Position numbers and translations under genes: made by a program
In this document: positions 9,405-20,256 of the stretch, one piece after another
Numbering within the stretch: position 1 is the first letter of the stretch
Layout of the letters: each line of letters begins with the position of its first letter
Notes under the pieces: generated by a model
Seen by the model: only the letters and a program-made list of their open reading frames with translations
The model's database searches: none
Told to the model about the DNA's origin: nothing
Virus record (IMG/VR): IMGVR_UViG_2734482531_000002
Strand: one strand, 5' to 3'
Source: a virus
Lineage: Duplodnaviria > Heunggongvirae > Uroviricota > Caudoviricetes
DNA: 20,256 bases

Positions 9405-10145
9405 TTAACTGGCGGTGACGTTGATTTCTGCAACCGCAGCAAACTCACCATTACCAGATACGACCGGAATGTTGACCTTGCCTGCAGCAACACCTTTCAC
9501 GGTGATGGTCATACCACTGACCGACACGGTGGCTTTTGTTTTATCCGCAGACACCGCACGGAAGCTCTTGTCGGTTGCGCCATCCGGCTGGAATGCCACG
9601 GTCAGCGTGGTGCTCTGCCCTTTCACTACGGAAGCACTGGCGGGTGTCACCGTCATGCCGGTCGTCGCCGTCACCGTGCTGCGATCTTCTGCCATCGACG
9701 GACGTCCCACATTGGTGACCTTCACCGTGCGGGTAATCACCTCCTTCGCCGTCACCGCCTTACCGATACTGCTGACCCAGCCACGGAACACATCGACCGT
9801 GCCGTTCGGGAAGCGGATTTTATAGGCACGGGTATCACCTTCATTAAACCACGCCAGCAGCGCCTGCTGCCCCTGCTCTCCGGGCATCCACGCCAGCGTG
9901 AAGCTGGTATCTCCGGCAGATTTCTGCCCCTGCCCGGTCGCAGTCCAGTCTGCATCTTCATCATCGAGATAGCTGTCGTCATAGGACTCAGCGGTCAGTT
10001 CGCCGGGCGTCAGGTCTTTAACTTTTGCCAGACGCGACCAGTCAACGTCTGAAAGCGGGTTCGCATAAGGGTCACCGCTCCCCTTATAAACCCACAGGGT
10101 GGTCCCGGCACCTTTCACCGGCATTGTAGGATTTGGTACAGGCAT
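9405..10145 (-). CDS. V: Major tail tube protein V, 246 aa, with C-terminal Ig-like (Big_2-type) domain
   Basis: ORF track begins at 10175, but the protein matching gpV starts at the internal Met ([22 protein letters not shown]...). The 10 upstream codons overlap the U 3' end; a GAGGA RBS precedes the internal ATG. Confidence 0.93.
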   Translation of the reverse strand: MPVPNPTMPVKGAGTTLWVYKGSGDPYANPLSDVDWSRLAKVKDLTPGELTAESYDDSYLDDEDADWTATGQGQKSAGDTSFTLAWMPGEQGQQALLAWFNEGDTRAYKIRFPNGTVDVFRGWVSSIGKAVTAKEVITRTVKVTNVGRPSMAEDRSTVTATTGMTVTPASASVVKGQSTTLTVAFQPDGATDKSFRAVSADKTKATVSVSGMTITVKGVAAGKVNIPVVSGNGEFAAVAEINVTAS

Positions 10146-10152
10146 AGCGTCC

Positions 10153-10548
10153 TCACATTTCATAGATAATGACATAAGTCAGATCGGCTGAACTCCACAG
10201 GCCCGCATCATCGTCGCGCCGGTAGTCATAGCCGCTGGCCACCATACTGGTGATCAAATCTGACAGTGCCGGGATATCGCTCATCACAGGATAAATCCGG
10301 GACTCCATCCACGAATCCAGCTCTGAATCCGGCACCTGAGCAGGCAGGAAAACTTCAATATGCAGCTCCGCCTGCCAGGTATCGCTGTCCAGCTCTTCGC
10401 CCGTGTATTCAGCGCCGGTGAGATAAACGGCAATTGCCGGAAAATCTTCCTCATCAAAAACAGCGGGGCGACCATCAAAAAGCGTCGCCCCGGTGTCATG
10501 CTTCTCCAGTGCATCCAGTACGGCTGCACGGAGTTCAGTATGTTTCAT
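10153..10548 (-). CDS. U: Tail terminator protein U, 131 aa
   Basis: Full [36 protein letters not shown]..., lambda gpU-like. 4-nt overlap with Z. Confidence 0.95.
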   Translation of the reverse strand: MKHTELRAAVLDALEKHDTGATLFDGRPAVFDEEDFPAIAVYLTGAEYTGEELDSDTWQAELHIEVFLPAQVPDSELDSWMESRIYPVMSDIPALSDLITSMVASGYDYRRDDDAGLWSSADLTYVIIYEM

Positions 10549-11123
10549 CGCTTTATTACCATTCTCAGTTGATGCTGCAGCGCATAGCCCAGCTCTTTCG
10601 GAAGACGTTCACGCCGTATCCGTTCAATATTCTGTTTAAACGCCGTGGTCAGCGGCACCGCCATCGGGATTTTCACCACATCAATGGGGTAACGGTTTTT
10701 CCCGGCCACACGCTGCATAACATGCCACCGGCCGTTTTTCAGTTGCTGAATAAACGCGCCGGGAATACGACGGTTACCCACCACAAGCACGCTGCCGCCA
10801 CCTTTCAGGGATGAACGCTGCCCCTTTTTATGACGCCTGCGGCGGGACAGGACAACCCGCGCATTACCCAGCTTGATTACGGGCAAATCCCCCCGGTTAA
10901 CTTTGATTCTGGCCTGCGGATTTTTGACCGTGGCCCTTTTCAGCCTGGCCCTTTCCTTTACCAGTTTCCGGCGTACCTTTGTCTCACGGGCAACCTGTGA
11001 CGCAGACTGCGATATCGCGGATGAAGCAACGCGGTTAATGGCCATTGCGGCGGCACCGGGCACCGCCGTTTTGCTGATACGGCTGAGGTTTTCAACGGCC
11101 TGCTCAAGACCTTTTATGGCCAT
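10545..11123 (-). CDS. Z: Tail completion protein Z, 192 aa
   Basis: Full ORF MAIKGLEQAVENLSRISKTAVPGAAAMAINRV..., lambda gpZ-like. Confidence 0.95.
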   Translation of the reverse strand: MAIKGLEQAVENLSRISKTAVPGAAAMAINRVASSAISQSASQVARETKVRRKLVKERARLKRATVKNPQARIKVNRGDLPVIKLGNARVVLSRRRRHKKGQRSSLKGGGSVLVVGNRRIPGAFIQQLKNGRWHVMQRVAGKNRYPIDVVKIPMAVPLTTAFKQNIERIRRERLPKELGYALQHQLRMVIKR

Positions 11124-11134
11124 ACATCCCCCTT

Positions 11135-11488
11135 TCAGCGGCGACGGTTAACGGCAGGCGGTACGCCCCGTCCAAGCCAGAGATGACAACTTCCGCCATC
11201 ATCCGGCGAAACCCGATCTACCCAGAAATTTTCCTCACCGATGGTCAGCGTGTCTCCACGCCGCAGCTGCCGCACCTCATCAGTCCGGACAAACAGGGAC
11301 GGGCTGGAGCCTTCAACGCGCACGCCCTGTCCGGCATAGCTGATATTTTCAGGGTCATCAAAAACACCACGTATCACCGCACCTGACTGCTCACCGGATG
11401 TCATGGTGGCTGACGTTCCCATGTACCCGCGTATCGTTTCATCGGCGCGGGCAATGGCAGCATCGAACAGGTTATCGAAATCAGCCAC
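11135..11488 (-). CDS. FII: Head-tail joining / head completion protein FII, 117 aa
   Basis: Full ORF MADFDNLFDAAIARADETIRGYMGTSATMTSGEQ..., lambda gpFII-like. Confidence 0.95.
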   Translation of the reverse strand: MADFDNLFDAAIARADETIRGYMGTSATMTSGEQSGAVIRGVFDDPENISYAGQGVRVEGSSPSLFVRTDEVRQLRRGDTLTIGEENFWVDRVSPDDGGSCHLWLGRGVPPAVNRRR

Positions 11489-11499
11489 AGCGCCTCCCG

Positions 11500-11898
11500 T
11501 TATTGCATTCTGGCCAGGCCGCGCTCTGTCATTTCGGCTGCCACACCGGCAGAGACACGAAACGCCGTTCCCGGCAGCACAAATGCCACAGGTTTATCCC
11601 GCGTGGCGTGAAGTGCATCAGTATGCAGCGTCACCAGTGCCACGACCGTGACCAGTTCAGCCGTATCCTGAATCACGGTATCCGGCTGCGCTGATACCAC
11701 CTCATTTTCATGCCCGGTCAGCACATTTTCCCGGCTGAGAGGGGTGTCCTGACCGGCAGTTTCATCCGTGTCATCAAGCTCTTCTTCCAGCTCTGCCACA
11801 CGAAGCGCCAGTTCTTCTTTCGTTCCCGTCAAACTGACATCGCGGTTCAATTGCTCACCCAGCTCCTGAAGACGGGCAATCAGTTCATCTTTCGTCAT
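11500..11898 (-). CDS. FI: DNA-packaging accessory protein FI, 132 aa
   Basis: ORF track extends to 11937, but the gpFI match starts at MTKDELIARLQELGEQLNRDV... . That ATG (11896-11898) is preceded by a GGAGGAG RBS. The central DTDETAGQDTP linker is present. Confidence 0.9.
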   Translation of the reverse strand: MTKDELIARLQELGEQLNRDVSLTGTKEELALRVAELEEELDDTDETAGQDTPLSRENVLTGHENEVVSAQPDTVIQDTAELVTVVALVTLHTDALHATRDKPVAFVLPGTAFRVSAGVAAEMTERGLARMQ

Positions 11899-11939
11899 GA
11901 ACTCCTCCACAGAGAGAAAATGGCCCCGAAGGGCCATGA

Positions 11940-12965
11940 TTACGCCAGTTGAACGGACACGAACTCATCAGGATCAGCCAGCAGCATCAGCGGTGCTGAC
12001 TGAATCATGGTGAACTCACGCGCCGGATCGCCGGTGGTCACCCAGTTTTTCGGGTAACGGGCAGAAGCGTTAATGCCTTCGCGCTGTGCGTCCGCATCCT
12101 GAATGCAGCCATAGGTGCGCAGACCGCGAGCCTGAGTGTTCCCCAGCACCATCGTGTTGTCCGGCAGGAAGTTCTTTTTGACGCCGTTTTCCACGTACTG
12201 TCCGGAATACACGACGATGGCCACATCGCCATACATTCCCTTATAGGACACCGCTTTGCCCAGGTCTTTTACCGCTGTCTCCAGCTCGGAATGAGAGCCG
12301 CGACGGGTATCCAGCTTCTCCTTGACGGCTTTGAAGGAACGGAACAGCGCCCAGCCTTTCGGGTCAAACACGATGATATTCACCACACCGCTGGCGTTCA
12401 GCGCGTAGGCTTCGATATCGTCGGTCGGGTCATACGTGGACTTGTCACGCTTGCTCCACTCCGTGACGCCGGACTGTGTGATGTTGTTCGCCGCACTGCG
12501 GCCCATATCCACCTCAACCGGATCGAAGGCTTCACCGGTCATGGTGTATTTGCCCTTGAGCACGGCAGAAACTGCCTGCATCTCTTCGACCTGAGCAATG
12601 GCCAGCTCTTCGTCACGCATGTTCTGCATGATGATGCGACGGCGGCGGTAAGCCGGGTCCGCCAGATTCTGCGGATCTTCATCCGGCAGGCGACGCAGGG
12701 TCATCTGCGGATTCACCTCATGCTTGGGTTTGACATATCCCGGCGTAAATTCAGAGGTGGAGCCGCCACGGGAACGGATAACCTCACCGGAAACAATCGG
12801 CGAAACGTACAGCGCCATGTTTACCAGTCCCGGAATTTGTGAGAGATAGACTTTCTCCGTAGTGAAGGGATAGCTCTCACGGAAAAAGAGACGCAGAAAC
12901 AGCGGATCAAACTTAAATTTCTGCTCATTTGCCGCCAGCAGCTGGGCGGTTGTGTACATCGACAT
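11940..12965 (-). CDS. E: Major capsid protein E, ~341 aa
   Basis: ORF track extends to 12992; the gpE match starts at MSMYTTAQLLAANEQKFKFDPLFL... . Start coordinate is approximate (+/- 1-2 nt) because I could not verify the exact base at the ATG by eye. Confidence 0.93.
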   Translation of the reverse strand: MSMYTTAQLLAANEQKFKFDPLFLRLFFRESYPFTTEKVYLSQIPGLVNMALYVSPIVSGEVIRSRGGSTSEFTPGYVKPKHEVNPQMTLRRLPDEDPQNLADPAYRRRRIIMQNMRDEELAIAQVEEMQAVSAVLKGKYTMTGEAFDPVEVDMGRSAANNITQSGVTEWSKRDKSTYDPTDDIEAYALNASGVVNIIVFDPKGWALFRSFKAVKEKLDTRRGSHSELETAVKDLGKAVSYKGMYGDVAIVVYSGQYVENGVKKNFLPDNTMVLGNTQARGLRTYGCIQDADAQREGINASARYPKNWVTTGDPAREFTMIQSAPLMLLADPDEFVSVQLA

Positions 12966-13020
12966 AAAAAAATCCCGTAAAAAAAGCCACACAGGCGGCC
13001 TTTAGTGATGAAGGGTAAAG

Positions 13021-13353
13021 TTAAACGATGCTGATTGCCGTTCCGGCAAACACGGTCCGTTTTTTCGTCTCGTCGCTGGCAGCCTCCGGCCAGAGCACAT
13101 CCTCATAACGGAACGTGCCGGACTTGTAGAACGTCAGTGTGGTGCTGGTCTGGTCAGCAGCAACCGCAAGAATGCCAACGGCAGCACCGTCGGTGGTGCC
13201 ATCCCACGCAACCAGCTTACGGGTGGAGGTGTCCAGCATCAGCGGGGTCATTGCAGGCGCTTTCGCACTCAATCCGCCGGGCGCGGTTGCGGTATGAGCC
13301 GGGTCACTATTGCCCAGCGGCTGGTAATGGGTAAAGGTTTCTTTGCTCGTCAT
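13021..13353 (-). CDS. D: Capsid decoration protein D, 110 aa
   Basis: gpD match begins at [27 protein letters not shown]..., two codons inside the ORF-track start. Confidence 0.94.
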   Translation of the reverse strand: MTSKETFTHYQPLGNSDPAHTATAPGGLSAKAPAMTPLMLDTSTRKLVAWDGTTDGAAVGILAVAADQTSTTLTFYKSGTFRYEDVLWPEAASDETKKRTVFAGTAISIV

Positions 13354-13362
13354 AAACATCCC

Positions 13363-13968
13363 TTACACTGGTGTGTTCAGCAAATCGTTAACGGCATCAG
13401 ATGCCGGGTTACCTGCAGCCAGCGGTGCCGGTGCCCCCTGCATCAGACGATCCAGCGCAGTGTCACTGCGCGTCTGTGCACTCTGTGGTGCTGCGGCCAG
13501 AATACGGCGGGCCGTTTCCACGGTCATACCGGGGGTTTCGGCCAGCACGCGTGCCTGTTCTTCGCGTCCGTGAGCCTCCTCACAGTTGAGGATCCCCATA
13601 ATGCGACTGTTTTCTGCCGCAACCGCTGCGGTGATCTGCGCGTTCACGTCCGGCTGCGCCGCGCTGGCGTTCTCGCCCTCCGTCGCTTGCACCACGCCAG
13701 TAACGTCAGCCTGCGAAGCAGTGGCTGAAACAGTTGTTGATTGAGTCTCTTTGGTCATTCGCCCTCCTGAGAGACGGGATTTACGTGCATCCAGTGCATC
13801 ACGCATGACGGTGATCGCATCGGTACTGTTAACAAGTTCATCAGCCAGTCCGGCATCAATGGCCTCCTGACCGCTGTACACTGCAGCCTCGGTATCCAGC
13901 ACAGCCTGCACGGACAGGCCGGTATATGCCGACACCTTCTGTGCAAACATCCGGCGGGTTGCATCCAT
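13363..13968 (-). CDS. Nu3: Scaffolding protein Nu3, nested in-frame in the 3' third of C (coordinates approximate)
   Basis: Placed by analogy with lambda, where Nu3 is the C-terminal ~201 codons of the C frame started from an internal site. The exact internal start was not verified base by base. Confidence 0.55.
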   Translation of the reverse strand: MDATRRMFAQKVSAYTGLSVQAVLDTEAAVYSGQEAIDAGLADELVNSTDAITVMRDALDARKSRLSGGRMTKETQSTTVSATASQADVTGVVQATEGENASAAQPDVNAQITAAVAAENSRIMGILNCEEAHGREEQARVLAETPGMTVETARRILAAAPQSAQTRSDTALDRLMQGAPAPLAAGNPASDAVNDLLNTPV

Positions 13969-14662
13969 CCGGGACTGCAATGTTTCCCGGACATCATCCG
14001 GTAGATGGCTGTAGGGGTTGCCATCCACCTTATGGCTGCCGCTGTAAATCAGCGTGATTTCCACGCCCTGTTTCTCCAGTGCAGCGCCGTAATTACTGTG
14101 AGCCATCATGACGCCGATGGAGCCTGTCCGGGCGGTCTGCGTGACCAGACGCCGGGAGGCGGCACTGGCAAGCAGCTGACCTGCGCTGCAGTTCATGTCA
14201 TTGGCCAGCGCCCATACCGGCTTTATGTCACGCACACGGGCGATGATGTCAGCGCAGTCAAATGCTCCCGCCACCATTCCGCCCGGTGTGTCCATATCGA
14301 GCAGAATGCCGTCCACCATCGGGTCGCTGGCAGCCTGTTGCAGACGGGCGATAATGCCGTTGTAACCGGTCATCCCCGAGTACGGCTGCAGCGCCCGCGT
14401 CCGGCTGACCAGCGTGCCGGACACCGGCAGCACGGCGATGCCGTTCATTACCTGATAACTGCGGGCCTGTCGTGGTCCGTCATCATCACCGGATAACGCC
14501 AGCGCCGCGGGTGCCTCTCCGGCAGTCAGGCTGTCGCCGGATACTGCATCCGTCAGGCAGCTGATCCCAAGCTGGCCTGCAAGCGCACAAAAGAAAACCC
14601 GCGCATAGGCGGGTTCAAGCATCAGCGGCTCATTAAAAGCCATGCTGGCAATATGCGGGAGA

Positions 14663-14682
<20 letters not shown>
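13363..14682 (-). CDS. C: Prohead protease / minor capsid protein C, 439 aa
   Basis: gpC-like sequence begins at VTAELRNLPHIASMAFNEPLMLEPAYARVFF... with an apparent GTG start at 14680-14682. Overlaps the B 3' end by 20 nt as in lambda. The long upstream ORF extension (to 14817) is B-overlapping read-through and is not counted. Confidence 0.9.
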
Positions 14683-18363
<3,681 letters not shown>

Positions 18364-18389
<26 letters not shown>

Positions 18390-18909
18390 TCAGCAACCCC
18401 GGTATCAGTTCATCCAGCGCGGCTGCTTTGTTCATGGCTTTGATGATATCCCGTTTCAGGAAATCAACATGTCGGTTTTCCAGTTCCGGAAAACGCCGCT
18501 GCACCGACAGGGGGATCCCGTCGAGAATACTGGCAATTTCACCTGCGATCCGCGACAGCACGAAAGTACAGAATGCGGTTTCCACCACTTCAGCGGAGTC
18601 TCTGGCATTTTTCAGCTCCTGTGCGTCGGCCTGCGCACGCGTAAGTCGATGGCGTTCGTACTCAATAGTCCCTGGCTGGAGATCTGTCTCGCTGGCCTGC
18701 CGCAGTTCTTCAACTTCCCGGCGCAGCTTTTCGTTCTCAATTTCAGCATCCCTTTCGGCATACCATCTTATAACGGCGGCAGAGTCATAAAGCACCTCAT
18801 TACCCTTGCCACCGCCTCGCAGAACGGGCATTCCCTGTTCCTGCCAGTTCTGAATGGTACGGATACTCGCACCGAAAATGTCAGCCAGCTGCTTTTTGTT
18901 GACTTCCAT
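18364..18909 (-). CDS. Nu1: Terminase small subunit Nu1 (cosB-binding), 181 aa
   Basis: Full ORF MEVNKKQLADIFGASIRTIQNWQEQGMPVLRGGGKGNEVLYDSAAVIRWY..., lambda gpNu1-like with an N-terminal winged-HTH. Confidence 0.97.
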
Positions 18910-18933
18910 TGTTCATTCCACGGACAAAAACAG

Positions 18934-19046
18934 AGAAAGGAAACGACAGAGGCCAAAAAGCCCGTTTTCAGCACCTGTCGTTTCCTTTCTTTTCAGGGGG
19001 TGTTTTAAATAAAAACATTAGGTTACGGCGAAGAAGAACGGAAACG
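18934..19046. promoter_or_regulatory. cosB: terminase (gpNu1) binding elements R1, R2, R3 with intervening IHF-site region
   Basis: Three copies of the R-element core (minus-strand sense CTGTCGTTTCCTTTCT-like): 18934-18949 and 18975-18990 form an inverted pair, and a third copy sits at ~19031-19046 (CGTTTCCGTTCTTCTTCG on the minus strand). They lie between the Nu1 start and cosN as in lambda cosB. Confidence 0.75.
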
Positions 19047-19086
19047 CCTTAAACCGGAAAATTGTCATAAATAGCGAAAACCCGCG

Positions 19087-19098
19087 CGCCTTCCGCCC
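19087..19098. other. cosN (12-nt cohesive-end / terminase nicking site); minus-strand sense GGGCGGAAGGCG
   Basis: Flanks align with the lambda left and right ends: CCCGCG on the Nu1 side and CGTAACCTGTCGGATC.CCGGAAAGGACCCG on the right-arm side. The 12 nt between them occupy the cosN position. Confidence 0.7.
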
Positions 19099-19297
19099 CG
19101 TAACCTGTCGGATCGCCGGAAAGGACCCGCAAAATGATAATAATTATCATCTACATGTCACAACGTGCATCTACGCCATCAAACCACGTCAAATAATCAA
19201 TTATGACGCAGGTATCGTATTAATTGATCTGCATCAACTTAACGTAAAAACAACTTCAGACAATACAAATCAGCGACACTGAATACAGGGCAACCTC

Positions 19298-19531
19298 ATG
19301 TCAACGAAGAACAGAACCCGCAGAACAACAACCCGCAACATCCGCTTTCCTAACCAAATGATTGAACAAATTAACATCGCTCTTGTTCAAAAAGGGTCCG
19401 GGAATTTCTCAGCCTGGGTCATTGAAGCCTGCCGCCGGAGACTGTGCTCAGAAAAAAGAGTTTCGCCTGAAGCAAACAAAGAAAAGAGTGACATTACTGA
19501 ATTGCTCAGAAAACAGGTTAGACCAGATTGA
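19298..19531 (+). CDS. Small ribbon-helix-helix (Arc/CopG-like) protein, YlcI/DUF3950-like, 77 aa
   Basis: ORF MSTKNRTRRTTTRNIRFPNQMIEQINIALVQKGSGNFSAWVIEACRRRL... : basic N-tail, then a beta-strand (NIRFP), helix, G-x-S/N turn, helix, which is the RHH signature. Resembles from memory the YlcI protein found next to the terminase gene in the DLP12 prophage. AT-rich relative to the structural genes. Confidence 0.7.
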   Translation: MSTKNRTRRTTTRNIRFPNQMIEQINIALVQKGSGNFSAWVIEACRRRLCSEKRVSPEANKEKSDITELLRKQVRPD

Positions 19532-19588
19532 AGCAATTTAGATAATCGTGCAGACTACGCCCCCTCATATCACATGGAAGGTACTACA

Positions 19589-19999
19589 ATGGCTCAGGTT
19601 GCCATTTTTAAACAAATATTCGATAAAGTGCGAAATAATTTAAACTATCACTGGTTTTATTCTGAACTAAAACGTCACAATGTCTCACATTACATTTACT
19701 ATTTAGCCACAGAGAATATTCATCTTGTTCTTGAAAACGATAATACGGTTTTAATAAAAGGACAGGGTAAGGTTGTAAATGTAAGATTTTCAAAAAATAA
19801 ATGCCTTATAGAAGCCACCTTAAAAGGATTCAAATCAGGAGAGTTATCATTTTACGAATACAGGAAAAATCTTGCTACAGCAGGGGTTTTCAGATGGATT
19901 ACAAATATCCACGAAAACAAAAGGTATTACTATACCTTTGATAATTCATTACTCTTTACTGAGAACATACAGAACACTACACAAATATTTCCGCACTAA
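19589..19999 (+). CDS. DUF1398-family protein, YbcV-like, 136 aa
   Basis: ORF track starts at 19574 (MEGTT...), but a GGAAGG RBS at 19577-19582 is correctly spaced for the second ATG at 19589 ([45 protein letters not shown]...). Sequence and length recall the DLP12 ybcV product. Low GC and AT-rich codon usage. Confidence 0.75.
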   Translation: MAQVAIFKQIFDKVRNNLNYHWFYSELKRHNVSHYIYYLATENIHLVLENDNTVLIKGQGKVVNVRFSKNKCLIEATLKGFKSGELSFYEYRKNLATAGVFRWITNIHENKRYYYTFDNSLLFTENIQNTTQIFPH

Positions 20000-20256
20000 A
20001 TCATAACGTCCGGTTTCTTCCGTGCCAGAACCGGACTCGCTGGCATGATGAAATATGTGTACCCGGTAACCCCGGTGTGCATCGTTTTTGATTATTCCCG
20101 CACACTCGCGCAGAAGGAGTTCCCCGTCGGGCTACGGTCTCTGTTAATACGGGAATACGGCGACGATTGGATTTGCCCCTATATTTCCAGACATCTGTTA
20201 TCACTTAACCCATTACAAGCCCGCTGCCGCAGATATTCCCGTGGCGAGCGATAACC

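Noticed and set aside
9405-10175. ORF-track V with a 10-codon N-terminal extension ([10 protein letters not shown]...)
   Set aside because: The extension is the U 3' end read in another frame. The internal ATG at 10145 has a proper RBS and gives the canonical gpV N-terminus.
12970-13010. Stem-loop plus T-run in the D-E intergenic region (minus strand) as a terminator
   Set aside because: D and E are co-transcribed at high level in the late operon. The stem here is short and contains a G-T mismatch, so it is more likely an mRNA structural element than a terminator. Not annotated.

Overview
This window is the late (virion morphogenesis) region of a lambda-like siphovirus prophage of an enterobacterial host, lying in reverse orientation, so almost every gene is on the minus strand. 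From high to low coordinate it reads cos, then Nu1-A-W-B-C/Nu3-D-E-FI-FII-Z-U-V-G/T-H-M-L-K-I-J, then the first 40 codons of a Lom/Ail-family outer-membrane gene. Gene order, overlaps and protein sequences match phage lambda closely; that comparison is from memory, as no search could be run. The cos site is internal and contiguous with the phage right arm (19.1-20.3 kb), which indicates an integrated prophage or circular form rather than virion DNA. The right arm carries an AT-rich two-gene plus-strand cassette: a ribbon-helix-helix YlcI-like protein and a DUF1398 YbcV-like protein. Most of the window is a well-described system. The parts that differ from lambda are: (1) the replaced C-terminal receptor-binding region of J, (2) an apparently divergent right half of the cosN cohesive-end sequence, (3) the cos-proximal cassette, and (4) the lom-like gene start. 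A 275-nt run of N (4308-4582) interrupts the K/I junction. No rRNA, tRNA, CRISPR array or transposon was recognised.
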